Below, piece after piece: positions 18,624 to 27,647 of a stretch of 58,011 nucleotides of DNA (the first letter of the stretch is position 1; every line of letters starts with the position of its first letter). The stretch covers positions 1 to 58,011 of the forward strand of contig JAUXOF010000041.1 of the NCBI GenBank assembly GCA_030682405.1, read 5' to 3'. The notes under the pieces are model-generated. The model ran no database searches. It was not told the origin of the DNA and saw nothing but the letters and a program-made list of their open reading frames with translations. A program made the position numbers and the translations under genes. Origin of the DNA: Thermodesulfovibrionales bacterium (GTDB lineage: Bacteria; Nitrospirota; Thermodesulfovibrionia; Thermodesulfovibrionales; JdFR-86).

Positions 18624-18824
18624 CCCGTGTCCTAAAAGTATTTATCCTACATTCAACCTCGAAATGCAACAGAGGCGACTTCTCTACGAGCCTTCGGCCT
18701 GCTCGGCAGTCTGTCCCCTACTGTCTTCGTTTGGCTGAACTGGTTCGGGTTGACCAGTTCCGTCCTTCCGTAATACATTAACCGCATGAGAAACAAGATA
18801 AACCACAGAGGACACGGAGGAACT

Positions 18825-18857
18825 ACCTCCCCTAACCCCTCCTTAGCAAGGAGGGGA
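18825..18857. repeat. REP-like GC-rich hairpin, preceded by AACCACAGAGGACACGGAG motif
   Basis: Stem CCCCTCCTT (18836-18844) / AAGGAGGGG (18848-18856) with leader ACCTCCCCTAA; similar to the element at 40188. Confidence 0.65.
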
Positions 18858-19038
18858 TTTAATCCAGAAAAAGAAGAAAGGCGGGATGGAAATGCTTTAC
18901 AGATGCTTTACAAATGCTTTACATTTAAACCATTTCTGGACATGGTTTCCTTAAAAATCAACCACTTGGCCATACCCCCCCCCTCCCCCCTGTTTTATAA
19001 AGCAAAGAGGGCTTGCAGCCGGTTTTTTAAGGCGGCTG

Positions 19039-19047
19039 TGATATAAT
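19039..19047 (+). promoter_or_regulatory. extended -10 promoter for the pfkB-family gene
   Basis: TGaTATAAT at 19039-19047; SD GAGGTG before ATG 19074. Confidence 0.55.
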
Positions 19048-19073
19048 ATTCAAACTTCATTTTGAGGTGAAAG

Positions 19074-19982
19074 ATGGGACTTCTTGTAGTAGGCTCTGTG
19101 GCGTTTGATTCGGTTGAGACCCCTTTTGGAAAGGCAGAGGACGCATTGGGCGGCTCCGCCACTTTCTTTTCCACATCCGCAAGCTATTTTACGGACGTAA
19201 GCCTCGTTGCGGTCGTTGGAGACGACTTTCCCGAGAAACACATAAACTTCCTTAAGACGAGAAAGATAGATTTAAAGGGGCTTCAGAGGACAGAGGGAAA
19301 AACATTCAGGTGGAAGGGAAAATACGGCTATGACCTGAACGAGGCCCATACCTTAAGCACAGAGCTTAACGTCTTTGAGAGCTTCAAGCCCAAAATTCCC
19401 GCGGAGTATAAAGACGCAGAGGTGGTCTTCCTTGCAAACATAGACCCGGACCTTCAGAGGGATGTGCTTGGGCAGGTGAAAAAACCGAAAATCGTGGCCG
19501 CAGACACCATGAACTTCTGGATAGAGGGCAAGCGCGACTCCCTCATAAAGACCCTCAAGCTCGTGGACATACTGCTTATAAACGACAGCGAGGCAAGGCA
19601 GCTTTCAGGAGAGCCTAACCTCGTTAAGGCCGCAAGGAAGATAGCAGCTTACGGCCCAAAGACAATCGTAATCAAGCGCGGCGAGCACGGAGTTTTGATG
19701 TTCCACAAAGAGAGCGTATTTTCCGCACCTGCCATGCCGCTTGAGGACGTCTTTGACCCCACAGGCGCCGGGGATACCTTTGGAGGCGGGTTCATGGGCT
19801 ATCTTTCAAGCGTGATGGACTGGAGCGAGAACAACATGAGAAAGGCAATAATAATGGGAAGCGTGATGGCCTCTTTCAATGTAGAGGACTTCAGCCTGAA
19901 CCGCATTAAAAACCTCGAATATTCCGAGATAGAGGCAAGGTACAGGGAATTCAAAAAGCTCGCGCATTTCGAGGACATCTGA
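19074..19982 (+). CDS. PfkB-family carbohydrate/nucleoside kinase
   Basis: GSVAFDSVETPFG...GGSATF, VIKRGEHG, DPTGAGDTFGGG. Confidence 0.9.
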   Translation: MGLLVVGSVAFDSVETPFGKAEDALGGSATFFSTSASYFTDVSLVAVVGDDFPEKHINFLKTRKIDLKGLQRTEGKTFRWKGKYGYDLNEAHTLSTELNVFESFKPKIPAEYKDAEVVFLANIDPDLQRDVLGQVKKPKIVAADTMNFWIEGKRDSLIKTLKLVDILLINDSEARQLSGEPNLVKAARKIAAYGPKTIVIKRGEHGVLMFHKESVFSAPAMPLEDVFDPTGAGDTFGGGFMGYLSSVMDWSENNMRKAIIMGSVMASFNVEDFSLNRIKNLEYSEIEARYREFKKLAHFEDI

Positions 19983-20000
19983 GAGGGTTGCATTTAGGAC

Positions 20001-20693
20001 TTAAGGGGAACGGCTTTCCTCCAGCCCTGCAAGCTCTTCTCCGTAGGATTTTTTCTCCTCAAGGAGGGATTCTTTTTCTTCAAGCATGGGCTTGAGTTCT
20101 TTTTCAAGGTCTGCCATCTCTTTTTCAAGCTTCTGCTTTCTGAGGGAGTTTATCTGCGACCATTCCCTTTCCTGAGGGGAAAGGAACTGGAACCATACGG
20201 ATATGTCTTTTCCCGCGGCTGCAGCGGCTTTTCTTCCTCTCTGGAAGAGCACCTCTATCCTGAGCCTCGCCTCGTCATAGTCCTTTTTGAGGGCGTTGTA
20301 TCCGTCTTCCTTTTCCTGTATCTCGGCAAGCCTGCCGTTGACCTTATCGGTGAACCTCTTAAGCTCCTCTATCCTCTGCGCCCTCATAGGGTCTTCGGCA
20401 GGTTTCTCAGGAGGCTTCGCCCCGGCAGTCCCGGTTGCGGCCTCCTCTTTCCGCGGCTCTACCTTCACCGGCTCGCCTACGTCTTCTATCCTGAGGATAT
20501 CGGCCTCGGGGATTTCAAGCAGGCCGCCGTAAACATAGAGCAGGAACTTGCCGTTGACCTTTTTATAGGAGGCCACGCCTTTTATTACAGAGCCGTTTTT
20601 AAGATAGACGGATGCGGCCTCTGATGCAGCCTGCGCAAACAGCAGGAATAAAACCGCAAAGGATATGACCACAAAGCAGTCTTTGATTTTCAT
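20001..20693 (-). CDS. hypothetical exported protein with C-terminal coiled coil
   Basis: Signal peptide, VYLKNGSVIKG beta-domain, Pro/Ala linker, long heptad region. Confidence 0.7.
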   Translation of the reverse strand: MKIKDCFVVISFAVLFLLFAQAASEAASVYLKNGSVIKGVASYKKVNGKFLLYVYGGLLEIPEADILRIEDVGEPVKVEPRKEEAATGTAGAKPPEKPAEDPMRAQRIEELKRFTDKVNGRLAEIQEKEDGYNALKKDYDEARLRIEVLFQRGRKAAAAAGKDISVWFQFLSPQEREWSQINSLRKQKLEKEMADLEKELKPMLEEKESLLEEKKSYGEELAGLEESRSP

Positions 20694-20703
20694 GGCTTAT
20701 ATT

Positions 20704-22500
20704 TTACACCATATCGTGCCGGTTCTCATACAACGCCTCCTTAACGGCCACTGCAGCCTTCAGGTTCATACCCGGCAGAGAGGCAAGCTCATCAGTAGCC
20801 GCATTTTTAATCGCCTCTATGCTCCCGAAGCGCTTAAGCAGGGCAAGCCTCCTCTTTTTGCCTATGCCCTTTATGTCTTGAAGCCTTGATTCCATGAGCC
20901 TTTTTGACCTCAGTTTCCTGTGAAAGCTTATAGCAAACCTGTGGACCTCGTCCCGTATCTTCTTAAGCAGCAGCGACGAGGGCCTCCTGTCCTCAAGGTC
21001 TACAGGTTCATCCGATGTAAGAGTGAAGGCCCTGTCCGGCTTTTTGGCAACCGCTATCAAGGCACACTTTCTGCCGGGCAGTGCTCCGGCAGCCGCCTCA
21101 AGCTGGCCCCTGCCGCCGTCAATCACAACCAAATCCGGCAGTTCCAGTCCTCCGGAGATGCGCCTTACAGCCTCCGCCATCATGGCATAATCGTCCATGC
21201 CGGAGACGGTCTTTATCTTTAAGTGTCTGTACATGTCCTTTTTAAATTCTCCGTCTTCCCAGCATATAAACGCACCCACGGATTCGCTGCCTGAGATTGT
21301 GGATATGTCAAATGCGCCTATGGTGCGGGGGACCGAAGGAAGCGAAAGCCTCTCTTTCAGTTCCCCAAGCACCTCGCCTTCTCCCCTCTTGCCGAGGAGT
21401 GCAAGCCTTGCGTTTTCTGATGCCATGCGCAGAAGCTCAAGCCTCTTGCCCTCTTTGGGAACGACTATCCTTACCCTGCCCCCGCGGTTTTGTTTAAGCC
21501 ACATCAGGAGCGCACCCTGTGCTTCCGGCTTTACCGGGGTTATTATCTCTCCGGGGGGTATAAGCCCCTTTGCATAAAACATCTCAATAAAACCGTGATA
21601 AAGCTCCCTTACCGGGGTGGCGGAGACGCCGCGCAGATAGAAATCCCTTGCGCCTATCATGATGCCGTTTCTTATAAAAAACACCTGAAATACGGCATCA
21701 GCCGCCCTGTCACCGGCCTCCATATAATGGCCGATGACGTCCATGTCCCCCAGTTCAGGGGATATGACCTTCTGGGATTCCCATGCCCTCTTTAAGGCGC
21801 TGACCCTGTCCCTTACGGCAGCGGCATCCTCAAACCTCATCCCATCGGAAAGCGCCTGCATCCGGGACTCAAGCTCATCAAGAAGCTCCCTCTTTTGGCC
21901 GCGCAGAAAGAGCACCGCCTCGTTTACGGCCTTCATGTAGTCCTCCCTGCTTATGAATCCTGCGCACGGCGCCGGGCATCTCTTCATCTGGTGCTGGATG
22001 CAGGGCCTCATGGGTTTGTCGAGCCTGTATTTGCAGGGCCTTATATTAAACTGTTTTCTTATGAATGAGAGGGCCTCCCACATGCTGCCTGAAGGCACAT
22101 ACGGGCCGAAGTATATGGAGCCGTCCTTCTTAATCCTCCTTACGACCTCTATCCCCGGCCACTCCTCGTTGACAGTGACTTTGAGATACGGGTAATTCTT
22201 GTCGTCCCTCAGGATTATGTTGAACTTAGGCTTGTACTGCTTTATGAAGTTTGCCTCAAGTATAAGGGCCTCAAGCTCGTTGTCCGTTGCTATAAAGGAA
22301 AAATCCTTCACTGTACGAACCATTGCGGATTTTCTCATATCGAGCGCTGCCGACTTCTGAAAATAGCTTCCGAGGCGGGCCCTCAGGTTTTTTGCCTTGC
22401 CCACATAAAGGACCCTTTCCTTTGAGCCCTTCAATATGTAGACGCCGGGCAGATTGGGAACGGATGAGAGTTTTTCGGAAAGCGAATCCCGCGCCTTCAC
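20704..22500 (-). CDS. uvrC: excinuclease ABC subunit C
   Basis: GIY-YIG (PGVY...LYVGKAKNLR), UVR domain, FDIS, VIDGGRGQL, RDEVHRFAI, HhH (IKGIG). Confidence 0.96.
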   Translation of the reverse strand: MKARDSLSEKLSSVPNLPGVYILKGSKERVLYVGKAKNLRARLGSYFQKSAALDMRKSAMVRTVKDFSFIATDNELEALILEANFIKQYKPKFNIILRDDKNYPYLKVTVNEEWPGIEVVRRIKKDGSIYFGPYVPSGSMWEALSFIRKQFNIRPCKYRLDKPMRPCIQHQMKRCPAPCAGFISREDYMKAVNEAVLFLRGQKRELLDELESRMQALSDGMRFEDAAAVRDRVSALKRAWESQKVISPELGDMDVIGHYMEAGDRAADAVFQVFFIRNGIMIGARDFYLRGVSATPVRELYHGFIEMFYAKGLIPPGEIITPVKPEAQGALLMWLKQNRGGRVRIVVPKEGKRLELLRMASENARLALLGKRGEGEVLGELKERLSLPSVPRTIGAFDISTISGSESVGAFICWEDGEFKKDMYRHLKIKTVSGMDDYAMMAEAVRRISGGLELPDLVVIDGGRGQLEAAAGALPGRKCALIAVAKKPDRAFTLTSDEPVDLEDRRPSSLLLKKIRDEVHRFAISFHRKLRSKRLMESRLQDIKGIGKKRRLALLKRFGSIEAIKNAATDELASLPGMNLKAAVAVKEALYENRHDMV

Positions 22501-23753
22501 TTTACTCTTTCAAGCAGGGCCCCCACACCCTTAAGCTTCTCCTCCATGGCCTCATAGCCCCTGTCGAGGTGGTAGAGCCTATGGATGGTGGTCTGCCCCT
22601 CTGCCGCCAATGCGGCCACTACCAAGGAGGCGCTGGCCCTGAGGTCTGTTGCCATCACATCCGCGCCCTTAAGTCCGGCAACTCCCTTGACGGTTGCGCT
22701 TCCCGACTGAACGCTGATGTCCGCCCCCATCCTTCTGAGTTCCGCAGCGTGCATGAACCTGTTTTCAAATATCGTCTCTGTGATGATGCTCGTTCCGTCG
22801 GCTACGCTCATAAGGGCCATGAACTGAGCCTGCATGTCCGTGGGAAAGCCCGGATATGGAAGCGTCCTTACATCCTCGGCCACGGGCCTCCCTGAGCCCT
22901 TGACCCTAAGCCCTTGGGGGAGCTTTTCAAAAGACACCCCGATCTCTTTAATCTTCGTTATGACTGCCTCCAGATGCCCGGTCTCGCAGCCCCTGAGGAC
23001 AATGTCTCCGCCTGTAATGGCAGCGGCGGCCATAAACGTGCCGGCCTCTATCCTGTCGGGGATAACCCTGTGGTCAAAGGGCTTAAGCTCATCCACACCC
23101 TCTATCTCTATCGTGCCCTCACCAGCGCCGTATACCTTGGCTCCCATTGAGGTAAGCATATCCGCAAGGTCAACGACCTCCGGCTCCCGAGCGGCGTTCT
23201 CCATCACGGTAGTGCCCTTTGCGAGCGAAGCAGCCATCATCAGGTTTTCCGTTCCCGTGACCGTCGCCATGTCGAAGTATATAGAGGCGCCCCGGAGTCT
23301 CTCTGCCTTTGCGATTATATAGCCGTCCTCAAGCGCAATCTCGGCGCCCATCTTCCTGAGCGCTGATATGTGCAGGTTTACGGGCCTTGCGCCTATGGCG
23401 CAGCCGCCCGGAAGGGACACCCGTGCCGTTCCGAAACGGGCAAGCAGCGGGCCGAGCACCATAACCGACGCCCTCATGGTCTTTACAAGCTCGTAGGCCG
23501 CCTCGAAATTGTTTATGCCGGATGTGTCTATCTCCGCCTCGGATAAGGATTTGTCATACCTGTATACCGCCCCAAGGCTCTCAAGAAGCCTCCCCATGGT
23601 CTTTATGTCCATGAGGTCCGGCACATGCCTGAGACGGCTCTTGCCCGGAGCAAGCAGGGATGCGGCAAGGGCAGGCAGGGCAGCGTTCTTCGCACCGCTT
23701 ATCTGCACATCGCCTTTGAGAGACACGCCCCCTGTTATGATAAGTTTATCCAT
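22497..23753 (-). CDS. murA: UDP-N-acetylglucosamine 1-carboxyvinyltransferase
   Basis: GAKNAALP, MRAS, LPGGCAIGARP, PDRIEAGT, PGFPTDMQAQ, DLRASAS, HLDRGYE. Confidence 0.97.
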   Translation of the reverse strand: MDKLIITGGVSLKGDVQISGAKNAALPALAASLLAPGKSRLRHVPDLMDIKTMGRLLESLGAVYRYDKSLSEAEIDTSGINNFEAAYELVKTMRASVMVLGPLLARFGTARVSLPGGCAIGARPVNLHISALRKMGAEIALEDGYIIAKAERLRGASIYFDMATVTGTENLMMAASLAKGTTVMENAAREPEVVDLADMLTSMGAKVYGAGEGTIEIEGVDELKPFDHRVIPDRIEAGTFMAAAAITGGDIVLRGCETGHLEAVITKIKEIGVSFEKLPQGLRVKGSGRPVAEDVRTLPYPGFPTDMQAQFMALMSVADGTSIITETIFENRFMHAAELRRMGADISVQSGSATVKGVAGLKGADVMATDLRASASLVVAALAAEGQTTIHRLYHLDRGYEAMEEKLKGVGALLERVK

Positions 23754-23805
23754 TTGTTAATAATAACACGAAGGACATTAAACAGCGGAAACTACTCGTT
23801 AAGGA

Positions 23806-23847
23806 ATGAAAAAGGCCGTCCCGAAGTATCGGGACGGCCTTTTTCAT
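23806..23847. terminator. bidirectional intrinsic terminator downstream of hppA
   Basis: 19 bp perfect inverted repeat ATGAAAAAGGCCGTCCCGA / TCGGGACGGCCTTTTTCAT with a 4 nt loop. Confidence 0.85.
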
Positions 23848-23867
23848 GAGGCTGTATCAGAGTCCGC

Positions 23868-25928
23868 TTAAAGAATCGGCACTATGAGGAGCGCCACTAT
23901 GTTCATGACCTTTATCATCGGGTTGATGGCCGGACCTGCCGTATCCTTGTACGGGTCACCGACGGTATCGCCTGTGACAGAGGCCTTGTGTCCATCGCTC
24001 CCCTTCTTATGCATGACGCCGTTGTCGTCGATAACGCCGTCTTCAAAGGATTTCTTGGCGTTATCCCATGCACCGCCGCCGCTGGTCATGGCAAGCGCCT
24101 GGAACAGTCCGGTCAGGATACTGCCGATAAGCACGCCGCCGAGAGCCACGGGTCCAAGGACAAAACCGACAACGATGGGTGCGATAACCGGGATGAGCGC
24201 CGGCAGCATCATCTCGTGGATAGCTGATTTCGTAACGATGTCAACGCATTTGCCATACTCAGGCTTCCCCGTGCCCTCCATAATGCCCGGGATCTCGCGG
24301 AACTGCCTGCGGACCTCTATTACGACACCTCCCGCAGCCTTACCGACCGCAAGCATAAGCCTGCCGCCGTAGTAGTACGGGATAAGACCGCCGATAAACA
24401 GCCCGGCGATGACATAGGGATCAGAGAGATCGAATCTGACGTCGCCCATCTTAGTCACAAGCTCTTTTGAGTACTCTGCAAAAAGAACGAGCGCTGCGAG
24501 AGCGGCCGAGCCTATGGCATAACCCTTTGTAACAGCCTTTGTCGTGTTTCCGACCGCATCGAGCGGGTCGGTGATTTCGCGGATTTCCTTGGGGAGCTCG
24601 GCCATCTCGGCTATACCGCCCGCGTTATCCGTTATCGGGCCGTACGAATCTATGGCAACCACTATGCCGGTCATTGAAAGCATAGAAACAGCCGACAGCG
24701 CAATTGCAAAAAGGCCGCCGCCCGTGTTGCCGGCGAAACCTCCTCCAAGGTAAAAGGCGCCGAGGATAGCCCCGACAATAACTAACGCAGGAAGCGCGAC
24801 CGCCTCCATGCTCATGGCAAGACCGGCGATAACGTTCGTGCCATGGCCGGTCAGGCTGGCCTTAGCAATCGTCTTTACCGGCCTGTACTCCTTGGCGGTA
24901 TAGTACTCCGTTATCCAGACGATGAGGCCGGTCAGGGCAAGGCCGATGACGGCCGTGCCGAAGACGCTCATCGGGGTGAATCCACCGGTATTGCCGCCAA
25001 GCTGCCCCATAAACCACTGCGTTACTCCATAGAATGCGCCGGCAGCAAGAACGCCGGAGACTGCAAGGCCTTTGTAAAGAGCACCCATGATGTACTGGCT
25101 CTTGCCCAACTTGACGAAATACGTCCCTACGATGGACGCTATTATCGATACGCTGCCAAGAAGCAGCGGAAATTCAACCCACGGGCTCTCAGCGCCGAAC
25201 ACTGACTTTGCCAGCAGCATTGCCGCAACGAGGGTAACCGTATAGGTCTCGTACAGGTCGGCCGCCATTCCTGCGCAGTCGCCGACGTTGTCGCCGACGT
25301 TGTCTGCTATAACAGCCGGGTTGCGGGGGTCGTCCTCGGGGATTCCGGCCTCGACCTTTCCGACGAGGTCTGCGCCCACGTCAGCGGCCTTGGTGTATAT
25401 GCCGCCTGCTATACGGGCAAAAACGCTCATTAGCGAACAGCCGAATCCGAGGCCGATAAGGGCATGGAATGCCTCTTCGCCGGCATAGGACTTAGCGATG
25501 TAGTAATACCCTGAGAGTCCTAAAAGCCCAAGCCCGACGACCATGATTCCGGTCACGGAGCCGCCCTTAAAAGCAAGGGTCAGTGCCGACTGAAGGCCCT
25601 TGTATGCAGCCTGCGCCGTGCGAACGTTGGCGCGGACGCTGACCATCATGCCGATGTACCCCGCAAGGGCTGAGCCCACGGTCCCGATTATGAAGCCTAT
25701 GGCTGTCCACGGGCCGAGGAAAAACAAAAGACCGAACAGAACCACGGCCACCATGGCAACGGTCTTGTACTCACGCGCAAGGAATGCGTATGCGCCTTCC
25801 TTGACCGCGTTTGATATCTCCTGCATACGCTCATTGCCGGCATCCTGCTTGGACACCCATGCTGCGGTAACCAGGGCGTATGCAACGCCTGCCGCACCGC
25901 AGATTAATGCAAAACCTATAATACTCAT
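23868..25928 (-). CDS. hppA: membrane-bound H+-translocating pyrophosphatase, K+-independent type
   Basis: [53 protein letters not shown]; GNTTKA (Lys) marks the K+-independent subfamily. Confidence 0.95.
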   Translation of the reverse strand: MSIIGFALICGAAGVAYALVTAAWVSKQDAGNERMQEISNAVKEGAYAFLAREYKTVAMVAVVLFGLLFFLGPWTAIGFIIGTVGSALAGYIGMMVSVRANVRTAQAAYKGLQSALTLAFKGGSVTGIMVVGLGLLGLSGYYYIAKSYAGEEAFHALIGLGFGCSLMSVFARIAGGIYTKAADVGADLVGKVEAGIPEDDPRNPAVIADNVGDNVGDCAGMAADLYETYTVTLVAAMLLAKSVFGAESPWVEFPLLLGSVSIIASIVGTYFVKLGKSQYIMGALYKGLAVSGVLAAGAFYGVTQWFMGQLGGNTGGFTPMSVFGTAVIGLALTGLIVWITEYYTAKEYRPVKTIAKASLTGHGTNVIAGLAMSMEAVALPALVIVGAILGAFYLGGGFAGNTGGGLFAIALSAVSMLSMTGIVVAIDSYGPITDNAGGIAEMAELPKEIREITDPLDAVGNTTKAVTKGYAIGSAALAALVLFAEYSKELVTKMGDVRFDLSDPYVIAGLFIGGLIPYYYGGRLMLAVGKAAGGVVIEVRRQFREIPGIMEGTGKPEYGKCVDIVTKSAIHEMMLPALIPVIAPIVVGFVLGPVALGGVLIGSILTGLFQALAMTSGGGAWDNAKKSFEDGVIDDNGVMHKKGSDGHKASVTGDTVGDPYKDTAGPAINPMIKVMNIVALLIVPIL

Positions 25929-26013
25929 CCGCTCTCCTCCTTTGTTAATTTAAATTTTTCGCTCCTAAAAAGAAACCCCTAAAAGAGACCCCTCACCTCC
26001 CTTGCGTTTCTAA

Positions 26014-26448
26014 TCACCCCGGATACTTATCCGTTATGTAGTCTTTGAGATAATGCACCTCGGCCTGCAGATTGCTGACCTGCGCCGTTACCAAGTCCCT
26101 TATGGAAAGCACGCTCACAACCCTGCCCTTGTCGAGCACGGGCAGATGCCTAACCTTATTCTGTATCATGATGGACATGGCGTAGGAGACATCGTCGTCT
26201 AACTCTGCTATGAACAGGTTCTTCGTCATCACGTCCTTCACCGCAACGCCCTCAAAAGTGCCCTTTGCCGCCCAGCACTTAAGCACATCCCTTTCCGTGA
26301 ACATTCCGGCCGTCTTGCCTTCCTCCACTATGAGGAGCGCCCCTATATTCCTGTCAATCATCTTTGAGACGGCATCCGTAATCAGGGTGTCGCCGTCAAT
26401 GGCGATAACCTCAAAACCCTTGCTTCTTATGAGGTCTCTTACTTTCAT
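26014..26448 (-). CDS. stand-alone tandem CBS-domain protein
   Basis: MKVRDLI...IGALLIV...GMFTERD...DVMTKN...VRHLPVLD..VLSIRDLV; TAATG overlap with the qmoC stop. Confidence 0.9.
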   Translation of the reverse strand: MKVRDLIRSKGFEVIAIDGDTLITDAVSKMIDRNIGALLIVEEGKTAGMFTERDVLKCWAAKGTFEGVAVKDVMTKNLFIAELDDDVSYAMSIMIQNKVRHLPVLDKGRVVSVLSIRDLVTAQVSNLQAEVHYLKDYITDKYPG

Positions 26449-27566
26449 TATTCCCTTCCCGACTGCTTTGCAAAGACCATTGCAGTCGCCCTGTATACCA
26501 TATGGGCCATCTTGGAAAACGGCGCATAGGCAAACAGGAAAAATACGGTTACAAGGTGAATAAAATATATCGGGTAAGCCATCTGTGCGATATCTCCGAG
26601 CCTTAATAGCTCGGACAGCACCCCGGTGACGACAACGGAGGTGACAACGCCTATGAAGAGCCAGTCGTAGTAGCTCCCGATACCTGCCTTATCCACGTTC
26701 TTAAGCCTGTTTATTATTACAAGCGCAAGCCCGAGCAGAAGGGCGGCCGCGCTCGCGTTTCCGAGTATCTTCATCGGGTCCGAAAGCGGATAAGGGGATT
26801 CCCACTTCAGGCCGTAAATATACACGACGGCTATCGTGGTCGTTATGGCAAGGCCCACGAAGCTGAAAAATACGAGCATGTGCGAGGTTGAACGGCCCTT
26901 TGTAACATCGCATTTCCTGAACCTCTTATGCGACAGTATATCGGTTACTACGGCTATTATTGATGCGCCGAGACTGCCGCTTAGACTGACGCCCTGAGAC
27001 ATGTCCTTCCAGTACTTTAAGACACCCGTCACAAACACTATGGCCGCAAACGTCGCCGCAGCGATAAACACGGCGTCTATGAAAGGCACGGGTATGAACT
27101 TCGCATACACTATGCCGCCTTCCTCGCCCCTCGGTATGGAGGCCATATTGAGGTTTCCCATATATGTGATAATCAGAAGGAAGATTACCGCTGGGACGGC
27201 AAGCAGGAGTACCAGAAACTTGGGGTCCCCAACCATCTTTGCAAGGAAACCGGGTGTGGAGTAATGCTGAAGACTGAGCTTCCTCACCGCACCAAGGACC
27301 TCGCCGGGCTTTGCGCCCCTCGGGCAGTATGCCGTGCAGTCGCTGCACTGGTGGCAAAGCCATATGTCGGGGTTGGCGAAAAGCCTGTCCTTAAGCCCCC
27401 ACTGGGCATGCACCATCTCCTTGCGCGGAAACGGCCTGTCATCGGGCGTCACGTTGCAGACTACAGAGCACGTGGCGCACTGGAAGCACTTTTTAAGCGA
27501 CTCCCCGCCCGCTGCTATCACGTCGTTGATGAATTTTAAATCCGGCTTTACTATCTGCTCCGCCAT
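26448..27566 (-). CDS. qmoC: quinone-interacting membrane-bound oxidoreductase subunit C
   Basis: N-terminal 2x[4Fe-4S] (CFQCATCSVVC, CHQCSDCTAYCPRG) plus multi-TM domain with conserved His (SHML, FIHL, AHMVY). Confidence 0.93.
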   Translation of the reverse strand: MAEQIVKPDLKFINDVIAAGGESLKKCFQCATCSVVCNVTPDDRPFPRKEMVHAQWGLKDRLFANPDIWLCHQCSDCTAYCPRGAKPGEVLGAVRKLSLQHYSTPGFLAKMVGDPKFLVLLLAVPAVIFLLIITYMGNLNMASIPRGEEGGIVYAKFIPVPFIDAVFIAAATFAAIVFVTGVLKYWKDMSQGVSLSGSLGASIIAVVTDILSHKRFRKCDVTKGRSTSHMLVFFSFVGLAITTTIAVVYIYGLKWESPYPLSDPMKILGNASAAALLLGLALVIINRLKNVDKAGIGSYYDWLFIGVVTSVVVTGVLSELLRLGDIAQMAYPIYFIHLVTVFFLFAYAPFSKMAHMVYRATAMVFAKQSGRE

Positions 27567-27647
27567 CCTTAATATACCTCCTATCTCGGATAGGGCCGTG
27601 CCCTATGTGTTACTCTGATTAAGATTAACAGGGTCATAGACCCTTCT

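Noticed and set aside
18975-18990. C9-T-C6 homopolymer as a phase-variable promoter tract
   Set aside because: It is interrupted and lies about 50 bp upstream of the -10 box of a housekeeping-type kinase, not between promoter elements.
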